Shown here piece after piece: positions 21,028 to 29,813 of a DNA stretch of 32,000 bases; position 1 is the first letter of the stretch; each line of letters opens with the position of its first letter. The stretch is from Cupriavidus necator (GTDB lineage Bacteria; Pseudomonadota; Gammaproteobacteria; Burkholderiales; Burkholderiaceae). Location: NCBI RefSeq assembly GCF_016127575.1, contig NZ_CP066019.1, forward strand, positions 1,110,001 to 1,142,000. Direction: 5' to 3'. Made by a program: the position numbers and the translations under genes. The notes beneath the pieces were generated by a model. It had not been told where the DNA came from. It did no database searches and saw only the letters and a list, made by a program, of their open reading frames with translations.

Positions 21028-21213
21028 ATGAACAACCCGTTGTGGTCTGGCCGCGCCGCGCTGCTCGCGGCGCTTTTGTCCCTGGCGCTCACCGCATGCG
21101 GTGGTGGCGAAGATGGCAGCACCCTCGCTCCCCAGGCCGTCAAGGCAACCATGCAGGCGGCACCAGCCGGCGACGCGGCAGCGTCGAAGCAGGGCATGCA
21201 CTGCGCACCCTGA
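21028..21213 (+). CDS. Small lipoprotein (61 aa)
   Basis: Strong RBS (AAGGAG, 7 nt spacing). MNNPLWSGRAALLAALLSLALTACGGG carries a lipobox (LTAC). It ends 49 nt before the plcN start. Confidence 0.5.
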   Translation: MNNPLWSGRAALLAALLSLALTACGGGEDGSTLAPQAVKATMQAAPAGDAAASKQGMHCAP

Positions 21214-21262
21214 CACACCCGCGACCCTTCCTCTATCGTCCGCTCCTACCATTCCCCCGATC

Positions 21263-23443
21263 ATGACCAAAATCGATCGACGCACCTTCCTCTCCGGCGC
21301 CGTCAGAAGCGCTGCCGCTGCTTCGGTTCTGTCGATGCTGCCGCCCAGCATCGCGCGCGCACTCGCCGTTCCCGCTGCGGTCAATACCGGCACGATCCAG
21401 GACGTGCAGCACGTGGTGATCCTGATGCAGGAAAACCGCGCCCTGGACCATTACTTCGGCGCCATGCGCGGCGTGCGTGGCTTCGGCGACCGCTTCCCGG
21501 TGCCGGTGCCGTCAGGCAAGCCGGTGTGGTTCGAATCGAACGGCGCGCGCGAGATCACGCCGTTCCACCTCGACAGCGCGACCGTCAACGCGCTGCGCGT
21601 CTCCGGCACGCCGCACAGCTTCATGGATGCGCAGAATGCGTGGAACCAGGGCCGTTTCGGCTTCTGGGCCAAGTACAAGAACGACCATTCGATGGGCTAC
21701 TACCGTCGTGAAGACATTCCGTTCCAGTACGCGCTGGCCGAGGCCTTCACGCTTTGCGACGCCTACCACTGCAGCCACGCCGGCGGCACCGACCCGAACC
21801 GCATCACTTTCATGTCGGGCTCCAACTACAACCCCGCGCTGCGCGAGGCGGGGCGCAACTGCACGCTTGACGATGCGGAGGTCAATAACCTGCGCTGCAG
21901 CGTGAGCGGCAAGCTGCCCACGCCGGGCTACACCTACAAGGGTTCCGCCTTCCAGTGGGCCACGCTGCCGGAACTGCTGCAGGCAAAGGGCGTGAGCTGG
22001 CGCATCTACCAGAACCCCAACGCCAACTGGGGCGGCCTGCTGCATGGCGGGCTCGCCTTCAAGAGCTTCCGTGAAGCGCAGCCGGGCAATCCGCTCTATG
22101 ACAACGGCATGAGCAGCTGGACCATCGAGCAGCTGGCCGCGCATGTGCGGGACGACACGCTGCCGGCCGTGAGCTGGATCCTGCCGACGCCGGCGCAGTC
22201 CGAACATCCGGGCGGCCCGTCGAGCGCAACCGAAGGCGCGGACTTCATCAACACGGTGCTGACGGCGCTGACCGCCAACCCGGAGGTCTGGAGCAAGACC
22301 GTGTTCTTCATCACCTTCGATGAGAATGACGGCTTCTTCGACCATATGCCGCCGGCCGCGGTGCCGTCCTACGACGCCAATGGCGTCCTGCACGGCAAGT
22401 CGACCGTCGACGTCACCGGCGAATACTTCGACACCGCCGGCAATACGGCGCTCGACGGCACCACCACCAGCGGCGAGACCATCCGCCTGCGCCCGTACGG
22501 GCTCGGCCCGCGCGTGCCGATGTATGTGATCTCGCCGTGGACGCGCGGCGGCTGGATCAACTCGCAGGTGTTCGACCACACCTCGATGGGGCGCTTCCTG
22601 GAACAGCGCTTCGGCATCACGGTGCCCGCGATCAGCCCGTGGCACCGCGCGGTGGCCGGCGACCTGACTTCGGTCTTCGATTTCAGGACGCCGAATGACC
22701 AGGTGTTTCCGACGCTGCCGGATACCAGCAACTACAAGCAGGTGATCGCGGAACAGCTGGCGAAACCCAAGGCGGCGGCACCGGCCGTGTCGGCGTCGCT
22801 GTTCCAGGAGACTGGCACCAAGTATTCGCGCGCGCTGCCCTATGTCCTCCATGCGAGTGCGCTGGCCGAGCCCACCATCGGCAAGCTGAAGCTGATCTTC
22901 AGCAATACGGGGGAGCAGGGCGCGGTCTTCCATGTCTACGACCGGCTCCATCTGGACCAGATTCCGCGCCGCTACACGGTCGAGCCCGGCAAGATGCTGG
23001 ACGATGAATGGGATGCGCGCGCCACGGACAACGGACGCTATGACCTGGCGGTCTACGGGCCTAACGGCTTCGTGCGCATGTTCAAGGGCCAGTTGCCCGC
23101 GGACGCCATGGCCGATGCCCCTGAGGTCCGCGTCTGCTACGACCTGGGCAAGGGCAGCGTCTACCTGTCGGCGCGCAACGACGGCAAGGGCGCAGTCAAC
23201 GGTGGCGGCAAGCCGCTGACGCTGGTGGTGACGCCCAATGCTTATCGTAACGACGGTCCGTGGCAACTCCATATCACGGCCGGCGCCGAGGTGGAGCACC
23301 ACTGGCCGCTGCAGGAGAGCGGCAACTGGTACGACTTCACGGTCACGGAAGCCGAAAGCGGATTCGAACGCCGCTTCGCCGGTCGCCTGGAGACCGGCCA
23401 GCATGGCGTGACGGACCCGGCGATGGCAACCGGGCTGGGCTGA
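21263..23443 (+). CDS. plcN: Phosphocholine-specific (non-hemolytic type) phospholipase C, Tat-exported
   Basis: ATG at 21263, 726 aa. Twin-arginine leader MTKIDRRTFLSGAV. IQDVQHVVILMQENRALDHYFG and FITFDENDGFFDH are phosphoesterase-family PLC motifs. The 54-codon 5' extension in the track is rejected. Confidence 0.93.
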   Translation: MTKIDRRTFLSGAVRSAAAASVLSMLPPSIARALAVPAAVNTGTIQDVQHVVILMQENRALDHYFGAMRGVRGFGDRFPVPVPSGKPVWFESNGAREITPFHLDSATVNALRVSGTPHSFMDAQNAWNQGRFGFWAKYKNDHSMGYYRREDIPFQYALAEAFTLCDAYHCSHAGGTDPNRITFMSGSNYNPALREAGRNCTLDDAEVNNLRCSVSGKLPTPGYTYKGSAFQWATLPELLQAKGVSWRIYQNPNANWGGLLHGGLAFKSFREAQPGNPLYDNGMSSWTIEQLAAHVRDDTLPAVSWILPTPAQSEHPGGPSSATEGADFINTVLTALTANPEVWSKTVFFITFDENDGFFDHMPPAAVPSYDANGVLHGKSTVDVTGEYFDTAGNTALDGTTTSGETIRLRPYGLGPRVPMYVISPWTRGGWINSQVFDHTSMGRFLEQRFGITVPAISPWHRAVAGDLTSVFDFRTPNDQVFPTLPDTSNYKQVIAEQLAKPKAAAPAVSASLFQETGTKYSRALPYVLHASALAEPTIGKLKLIFSNTGEQGAVFHVYDRLHLDQIPRRYTVEPGKMLDDEWDARATDNGRYDLAVYGPNGFVRMFKGQLPADAMADAPEVRVCYDLGKGSVYLSARNDGKGAVNGGGKPLTLVVTPNAYRNDGPWQLHITAGAEVEHHWPLQESGNWYDFTVTEAESGFERRFAGRLETGQHGVTDPAMATGLG

Positions 23444-23456
23444 GTGTCTGGTCGCC

Positions 23457-23486
23457 GCGGTCCGGCCGGAATGCGTGCCGGACCGC
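23457..23486 (+). terminator. Hairpin downstream of plcN
   Basis: GCGGTCCGGC (23457-23466) pairs with GCCGGACCGC (23477-23486), with a 10-nt loop. The T-run is weak (cTTTgTg). Confidence 0.4.
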
Positions 23487-23574
23487 AGCTTTGTGCGGTG
23501 ATGGCACATCGCCTCGAAGCTCCCGATCTCGATGCGGATCTGCGGCTTGCACCGCTCGACCATCGGGAAGATGC

Positions 23575-23614
23575 AAACGGCGCGAGACCAACTGGCTCGC
23601 GCCGTTTGCTTTTC
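23575..23614. terminator. Rho-independent terminator between convergent genes
   Basis: AAACGGCGCGAG (23575-23586) pairs perfectly with CTCGCGCCGTTT (23596-23607), with a 9-nt loop, followed by GCTTTTC. Confidence 0.7.
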
Positions 23615-23654
23615 AGCGCTGCTCATCCGTGCGCGGGACAGCAGCGCTCCCTCG

Positions 23655-23981
23655 TCAGACCAGCGCCTGCAGGCGGTTGGCGCTCTCGTCCAGTTGCTGC
23701 TTGAGCGGCAAGAGCAGGGCGTGGAGGCCGATGCCCTGGGGGATGGTGTCGCTCTGCAGGTCCAGCAAGGTCAGGAAGGACTGAAGACCGACGCTGACAC
23801 GCAGGATGTCGTCGGTGACTTCAAGGATGTGGTCCTCCAGGGGGACGGCCTTGCTGGGCGGGGGGGGCGGCTTTGCGTGGTGACGAGCCTGGGCGCGGTC
23901 GATTTTGGCCAGGTTCTCGGCTAGTTGGGCTTGCTTTTGGGCGAGGGTGGGCTCTTGGGGAGCCGGGGTGTTGCTTTGCAT
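23655..23981 (-). CDS. Hypothetical protein (108 aa), possibly DUF1484-like
   Basis: ATG at 23981 with GGAGG 5 nt upstream. Gln/Ala-rich N-terminus, a PPPPP tract, and a Leu-rich C-terminus. Family assignment is from memory only. Confidence 0.5.
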   Translation of the reverse strand: MQSNTPAPQEPTLAQKQAQLAENLAKIDRAQARHHAKPPPPPSKAVPLEDHILEVTDDILRVSVGLQSFLTLLDLQSDTIPQGIGLHALLLPLKQQLDESANRLQALV

Positions 23982-24269
23982 GATTACCTCCAAGTGAGTG
24001 ATGGAGGCTCGCAGTCTGCTGCTAACCGGGGGGCGAGCACAGGGCCGGGTTAGTCAGTATGACTCCCCTGGAGCAAGGAGGGCTGGCCCGCCGCGAGGAA
24101 TCAAACGCTCGCACATGACCGGTCAACGAAGCTGGCCGATTGGAAACGAATTTTGACATACTGGCCAGGTATGCAGGTCAGAGGGCGACTGCAAGTTTGT
24201 CCGGAACGTTACCGAACCCGTGTTCTGGCGGAGGTCGCTTGTCGGCCATAAGCCGTCCTTCCCATCGCG

Positions 24270-24740
24270 GTGGCGCTGCCGCTCGAGCGACTGTTCTGCT
24301 CAAACAAGGGACGTTGATGCGAGATGTTTCCCGGGCTAGGCGACCAGCCTCATCACCCACACCGAGGCCGCATTGAACTTCCCGGGTCATCAAGGACGAG
24401 TTCGACGCCTTCCTCGAGCCTGGCGCACGGGCTCCTGATGCATGCGCTGCGGCGAATGCGGGCAAGAAAAGCTGCTGGCCTCCAACTGCAAGCGCCGACG
24501 GTTTTGCACCTCAGGCGGTGCTCGTCGGATGTCATAGACCGCAGCATACCTTGTCGATCACGTCATCCCACACGTGCCGGGGCGGCAGTGGGTGTTGTCG
24601 CTGCCCATCCCGCTGCGCTTGCTGCTGGCCGCGAAGCCCGAGCTGGTCACGCCGGTGCTGCAGGTGGCGCAACGTGTACTGATGCGCCATCTATTGAGCG
24701 GACAACGTGACGGCCAACACCCACTTGCTCGCAGCCTTCG
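24270..24740 (+). mobile_element. IS91-family transposase N-terminal remnant (pseudogene)
   Basis: Across shifted frames it reads VIKDEFDAFLE / MRCGECGQEKLLASNCKRRRFCTSGGARRMS*TAAYLVDHVIPHVPGRQWVLSLPIPLRLLLAAKPELVTPVLQVAQRVLMRHLL. This is the IS91 zinc-binding region. It has at least one frameshift, an in-frame TAG and lost Cys residues, and the catalytic domain is absent. Confidence 0.7.
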
Positions 24741-24774
24741 CCCGCAGAGGGCCCAATCTTCCGCCCGGGGATCA

Positions 24775-25113
24775 CTACGCACGTTTGAAGATGACGTTCT
24801 CCGAGAACCACTTTGTACTGCTCTCCGGATGCGCTAGGTCGCCAGTAAAACCCTCAAGTACCCCTTGACCGGCTGGGAAGCCTTTGCCCTTAAATGACCC
24901 GATGTACCTTCCATCTGAGCCATTTTTCCAGAGGATGGATAGGTGAAACTCGTTATCTGTTACGAAACCTTCGAGGCGAGAGCTTACGTGACTGCCGTCG
25001 GAAGTTTCCGCCGAGCCTGCAATCCTATCCTCGTTCTGCGTCAGGAAGACGTGGACACGAAAGCCATTGCCCTGAACAATATCCCAATTGCTTCCAACTT
25101 GCCAATTCGCCAT
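24775..25113 (-). CDS. Orphan hypothetical protein (112 aa), no signal peptide
   Basis: ATG at 25113 with AGGGAG 7 nt upstream. Clean ORF in low-GC DNA. Beta-strand-like alternating pattern (GFRVHVFLTQ, EFHLSILWKNGSDGRYIGSF). No family recognised. Confidence 0.6.
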   Translation of the reverse strand: MANWQVGSNWDIVQGNGFRVHVFLTQNEDRIAGSAETSDGSHVSSRLEGFVTDNEFHLSILWKNGSDGRYIGSFKGKGFPAGQGVLEGFTGDLAHPESSTKWFSENVIFKRA

Positions 25114-26118
25114 GGTAAGACTCCCTGTGGAAAATGACCTCCGTCGACGAGGACAGTGACTTTAGTCTGAATGGCACTTGCTAAAGCCCATTTCGCCTGA
25201 AAAAGCGACATCAAACGCTGCCCAGAATCGCGGACCGAGCAGGTCATTTCGAGCAAAACGTATAAGAACACAAAACTCGACCCTTGACTGGACTTTCTGC
25301 CCGTTGTGGAGGGGCTTGAGCGGCAAAGTCAATGCCATTTCGCTTAAGTCCACATTTACTCTAGCCCAGCAAATTGGAAGGGTCAATGCACCAACCAGGG
25401 CGTCGGTGAGCTCGGTCCTTGAGGAAGAAGTAGCGGCCTTCGTGGTGGCTACTTGCTGTCGACTGACCCGTTTGATTGCTCTCCACAATCGTCTTCATCA
25501 GCGACTGCGGCCGTTCGGTCAGGCAGCCCCTCAAGCCGCTTCGGCAGTTTCATTAGTGATACGTTATGGATATCGTTTCAATCTGAAATGAGCAAGATTC
25601 ACATGACCCTAATTGGGAGCTGTCTATGATGATTTTAATTGAGTAGCTTCCTTCTGAATGCCTCAGCACTTTTCACGCCGAACCCATTACCCATTCAACG
25701 GTTAGCCATGAAGCTCATGGACTCTTCGCGTAGTGTGGTGCAGGTGAGCACAGAGGTTGTCGTAACAAGAAAGTGGATGTGGCAGGTCGACATTGCCACT
25801 ACACGGGCAATGGGTGAGAACGTTTCTGACTTGAAACCGACTGTGCGTGGCTACTGCCTTATTCGTACTGCACGCCTACGACAAAGCTGCTACGGTGCAA
25901 GGGTGCTGATATGGCTGCCGACAACCGGGGCGGGAGAGGGCAATCAACCTTGGCAGCCGCCCATCAAATGGCCGTAGAACACTGAAGCTGGCGGCGTGGC
26001 CGCATCAGGGCTTTGGCTAGGTGTAGGTGCTGCATTTCCAAATCTAATATTAAGAAACCGCAGCGCCCGACGACGTGCTCGCCTTCTCATTCGCCTCACG
26101 CAGAAACGGAGAAGCAAA

Positions 26119-26913
26119 GTGCCAAACATAACGTCCGACGGTGTTTCAATCCATTACGAGGTCAAGGGCCAAGGTTCGCCTGTGCTTCTTCTGGCAGGAC
26201 TTGCGGGGATCGGCGCATCGTGGGGCCTCCTAATCGAATTGTTTGCCGAGCATCACCAAGTGATCGTCCCTGACCACCGCGGCACCGGCGCGTCTGAGCA
26301 CACCGCGCGCGACATGACGATTTCACAACACGCCCGGGACATGGCGCGGGTCATCGAGGCGGTCGGATGCGGGCCGGTCCACGTGGTCGGTTCCTCGACC
26401 GGTGGCGCCATCGCGCAACTGCTGGCGATCCATCACCGCGAGCTATTACGCAGCGCAAGCATTGTGTCTTCGATTGCACGGGCGGACGCGTTCTACCGTC
26501 GTCAGTTCGACATGCGGCGACGCATGTTGACCGATTCCGGCCTGCGCGCGTCCACCGAGGCCAACGCACTATTCCTCTTTGATCCGAGATTCATGCGCGA
26601 GCACCCGGAGCAGGTGCAGGCGTGGGTGAACGCTACGGCGGCTGGCACATTTGAGCGGGAAATCGCCTTTGCCCGGATCGACATGATCGTGGGGCACGAC
26701 GCATTCGATGAGCTTCCTTCGATCGCGACGCCGACGCTGGTGTTGGTGGGCGAACGCGACTTCTGCGCCCCGCCGTACTTCTCCGCGGAACTTGCAAAGC
26801 TGATTCCGGAAGCCGAGTTTGCCATCCTGGACAGTGGTCACTTCATCTTCCTAGAAAAGCCCGAACTACTGCACGACACTGTTGAGGCCTTCATCGCCAA
26901 GCACGAAAAATGA
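26119..26913 (+). CDS. Alpha/beta-fold hydrolase (RutD-like subgroup possible)
   Basis: GTG at 26119 with GGAGAA 8 nt upstream, 264 aa. Nucleophile elbow VVGSSTGG, probable acid GERDF and His in DSGHFIFLEKP. Confidence 0.85.
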   Translation: MPNITSDGVSIHYEVKGQGSPVLLLAGLAGIGASWGLLIELFAEHHQVIVPDHRGTGASEHTARDMTISQHARDMARVIEAVGCGPVHVVGSSTGGAIAQLLAIHHRELLRSASIVSSIARADAFYRRQFDMRRRMLTDSGLRASTEANALFLFDPRFMREHPEQVQAWVNATAAGTFEREIAFARIDMIVGHDAFDELPSIATPTLVLVGERDFCAPPYFSAELAKLIPEAEFAILDSGHFIFLEKPELLHDTVEAFIAKHEK

Positions 26914-27281
26914 TGAGCTTAGCTCTCTGCCGGTAGGCGGAAGCCTCCCATTAGAGTGACGCTGCGAGCGGGCCGTTATCTAGCCGCGGCCTGCGACCGG
27001 CCGGTTCGGCCGAACTTCGGTCGTCCGCAGATGGGTGCGCGAATGACCGAGACGGATCGGAAGTCGTCTCCGGTGCAAGCCCTGCCACAGGTAGGCCGAG
27101 GGCCGAGGTCGGCCATGAGCCGACGTTCGAGCGTCTTGGCTAATGCTATAAAGCGGACACTCGGGTTATCGCACGAGGCCATCACGAACCCAAGCCTGCA
27201 AATACTCGTAGGGGGTACTGAAACGCCTTGGCCTCAGATCGCTTCCAACGCCGGAAAGCGTCGTTCCGCGCATGGGGCTAG

Positions 27282-28049
27282 TCACCGAATCAGCAGAGTG
27301 GCCGCGTAGGTCTTCACGAAGAATGCTAGCGTGATGCAGAAGGTAACAAGTAGCGTGATGGCCCGGATAGTCCCCGGCGTCGCCCGGCGCCCGATCCGCG
27401 CGCCACTGTATCCACCAATGATCGCCCCCATCAGCATGATTAACGTCTCTGGCCAGCGCACCGCATTGGCCACGATGAAAGCGACCACCGCTACGGCGTT
27501 GGCAGCACTGACCAGCAGCGTACGGTCCGCATTGAGGTACTTTAGGTCGCAGTTGTCGAGCAGTCTCCACACCGCGATCATCATGATTCCAACCGCGCAG
27601 CCGAAGTAGCCGCCATAGATGCCAAGCACGAACTGGACGGCCAGTACCGCAGACGCGTGAATGTGCCAGCGTGTGCGCATTGCCTCCCCAAAGCGTCGCC
27701 CGAACGCCAGGGCAACGGACGCAACCAGAAGCAGCCAGGGCAGAACGAACGTGAACGCCGCGGATGAAGTTCGCAGCAACAGGTAGGCCCCCACCAAGCC
27801 GCCACATAGCGTCGCCAGCAGGAGAGCGCGCAGCGCCACGGAGCCGACCGGGCGCAGTCCATCTCGATAGGCCCAAGCACTGGCAAGCCCGCCAGGAAAT
27901 AGCGCGACCGTGCTGGAAGTATTCGCTTGAACCGGAGGTACGCCCACTGCAATCAGCGCCGGCAAACTGACGAACGAGCCGCCCCCGGCCAGCGCATTCA
28001 TCGCGCCAGCGAATACTCCCGCAGAGAAGACCAGAATCATTGCATCCAT
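27282..28049 (-). CDS. TauE/SafE-family (DUF81) anion exporter permease
   Basis: ATG at 28049, 255 aa. Multi-pass hydrophobic protein with FAGAMNALAGGGSFVSLPALI and a second GIYGGYFG half-repeat typical of TauE/SafE. Confidence 0.85.
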   Translation of the reverse strand: MDAMILVFSAGVFAGAMNALAGGGSFVSLPALIAVGVPPVQANTSSTVALFPGGLASAWAYRDGLRPVGSVALRALLLATLCGGLVGAYLLLRTSSAAFTFVLPWLLLVASVALAFGRRFGEAMRTRWHIHASAVLAVQFVLGIYGGYFGCAVGIMMIAVWRLLDNCDLKYLNADRTLLVSAANAVAVVAFIVANAVRWPETLIMLMGAIIGGYSGARIGRRATPGTIRAITLLVTFCITLAFFVKTYAATLLIR

Positions 28050-28091
28050 GGACCAATGTTTCCCGTGCCAGCATCCGTCTCCCCAGCTTAC

Positions 28092-28122
28092 GGAAAACTT
28101 CGCTTCGCCTGCACAAGCGAAG
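28092..28122 (-). terminator. Rho-independent terminator after the cupin gene
   Basis: CTTCGCTT (28098-28105) pairs with AAGCGAAG (28115-28122), with a 9-nt loop. On the minus strand TTTTCC follows. Confidence 0.5.
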
Positions 28123-28251
28123 GCCTCCCTGCATCTCGAATGCAATACTTCTTGTAGAAGTGACCGCAAACCACTACGGCTAACGCTCCAGCCGTGGCGC
28201 GCCCAATGCCCACCAATTCAACGATCTCCGCGGCTGAGGGTGCCAGGCCCG

Positions 28252-28641
28252 TCACGGGGCCGGCGATGCCAGCGGCTTCCCCTTCTCGACCACGTACACG
28301 CCAAGAACCCGCGCCGCCGCGCTACTGTTGTTGTGGGCATCATGCACAACGCCGGCAGGCACTACGAATGATTCACCGGCCTTGACCGTGCGCGGCGACT
28401 GACCATCGATCAGGAGTTGCACCTCACCTTCCATGACGTAGCTGATCTCGTCGCCGGGATGCGTATGACGCCCGGCATAGGTGCCTGGCGCTACCTCCAC
28501 GCGCGCGACAACAGCTTCGCGACCTGGTACAGATACATCGGCCCTTCCTACCAAAGTACGGGTAAGGCCCGAACTCTGCGCTAGCGCGCTACCTGCCACC
28601 AGTGCCACCGCGCCCAACATGATCAAACTCTTGTAGTGCAT
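28252..28641 (-). CDS. Secreted cupin-domain protein
   Basis: 129 aa, with AAGGAGAC RBS. Signal peptide MHYKSLIMLGAVALVAGSALA. Cupin motif 1 GRHTHPGDEISYVMEG and motif 2 PAGVVHDAHN. Confidence 0.85.
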   Translation of the reverse strand: MHYKSLIMLGAVALVAGSALAQSSGLTRTLVGRADVSVPGREAVVARVEVAPGTYAGRHTHPGDEISYVMEGEVQLLIDGQSPRTVKAGESFVVPAGVVHDAHNNSSAAARVLGVYVVEKGKPLASPAP

Positions 28642-29013
28642 GATGTCTCCTTAGACTTTTGTTGGAGTTTCGAAGGTGCTAGCAGGCGACCTGCAGAGTG
28701 ACGCGATATAGGCGGCAACCCCGCGCACCGTAGACCGGCAGCCATAACTGCGATCGCAAAGACATATACAGTGATTCGCAAACGCGAAGCATGTGTTGGT
28801 CCCTCGGGGCGCCTCGAGCCGGCTGAGCCGCCGACTAAAGCGAGTCTTTTGCCAGCGCCTCTCGTTGTATGTACGAGAACGAACGGAGTAGGCAAGCGTG
28901 ACAATCCAAATGGCGCCGCTAAGACGTCCCACGACCCGACGACGACTCGCCGAGAAAGAGGCGAGACCAAGGCATTGAACTCGTGCCGCACGGTCTCCAG
29001 GCGCTACTCATTT

Positions 29014-29035
29014 AGCGACATAGCGACATAGCGAC
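29014..29035. repeat. Short tandem repeat (AGCGACAT x 2.75)
   Basis: AGCGACATAGCGACATAGCGAC read directly from the sequence in an intergenic stretch. Confidence 0.6.
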
Positions 29036-29181
29036 TGCGCACCGCCTGCCCGCTCTGCTGCCTCCATTCGGCCTTTTTCCAGCCGATACCGATTTTTCGG
29101 CCTAATATGCCACGAAGCGCCTGAAGGGCCGATGCCTGTGCCCCGTCAATGGCAAGTGCTATGCGCACAGTGGGAGCCATC

Positions 29182-29541
29182 ATGCGAGCCGCCTGGTACA
29201 CCAAAAACGGCGAAGCCCGTGGAGTTCTGGTAACTGGAGAGCTGCCAACTCCGACCCCAGGCCCCGGGGAGGTCCGTGTCAGAGTCGCCACATCAGGGGT
29301 GAACCCGTCCGACGTGAAGTCCCGGCGCAGTCGTCCCCTGACCAGCGACCGAATCATCCCGCACAGTGACGGCGCCGGTGTCATCGAGGCATTGGGTGCG
29401 GAAGTGTCTGCTGCCCGGCTCGGTGAGCGGGTCTGGATTTGGAACGGGCAGTGGCAACGTCCGCTTGGAACGGCCGCCGAGTATATCGTCTTGCCCGCGA
29501 CGCAGGCCGTCAAATTGCCAGACAACACAGACCTTCCCTGA
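29182..29541 (+). pseudogene. Truncated NADPH:quinone oxidoreductase / MDR-family gene (N-terminal GroES-like domain only)
   Basis: MRAAWYTKNGEARGVLVTGELPTPTPGPGEVRVRVATSGVNPSDVK...AEYIVLPATQAVKLPDNTDLP then a stop. Only about 119 aa where the family has about 325. The Rossmann domain is missing. Confidence 0.7.
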
Positions 29542-29813
29542 AGGACGTGTAGAAGGCTACTTCGTGTCATGCTGGACCGGGAAAAGCAACGTGCCTTCGC
29601 TTCTGGCGCTGCTGATCGGATTCACGTTCTCAATGGCCGTAAGTCGATAAGACCCGCACAAGAACGGAGTCCGCAAGACGGAAGAGGTTGGCAGCCATAG
29701 CGCTGCTGCGCCCTAGTGAAAACGAACGAACGCTACCGGACTGTCTACCGCCATTTGGGTTGGCTACCTTGACCGTCGCAGACGGGTCGACAAGAGACCT
29801 TCGTTCACCTTAG

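Noticed and set aside
21512-23626. 704-aa minus-strand ORF opposite plcN
   Set aside because: It is entirely antisense to the PLC gene. The composition is Arg/Ala/His-rich with no recognisable motifs, a high-GC artefact.
25162-25977. Track ORFs 25162-25488 (minus), 25178-25591 (plus) and 25639-25977 (plus) as genes
   Set aside because: They overlap each other, use TTG or other alternative starts without an RBS, and their translations are non-protein-like. The region is reported instead as unexplained non-coding sequence.
26914-27281. ORFs 26956-27309 (plus) and 26976-27185 (minus) between the hydrolase and TauE genes, and local GGCCGAG-type repeats as a possible REP element
   Set aside because: No RBS and no family resemblance in any frame that I translated. 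The repeats are too short and irregular to call.
28642-29148. Possible divergent LysR-type regulator remnant upstream of the cupin gene (ORFs 28623-28991 and 28651-28932, minus)
   Set aside because: There is only a vague resemblance to an HTH. The frames are interrupted (MSLNE then a stop), and I could not align the canonical LysR motif.
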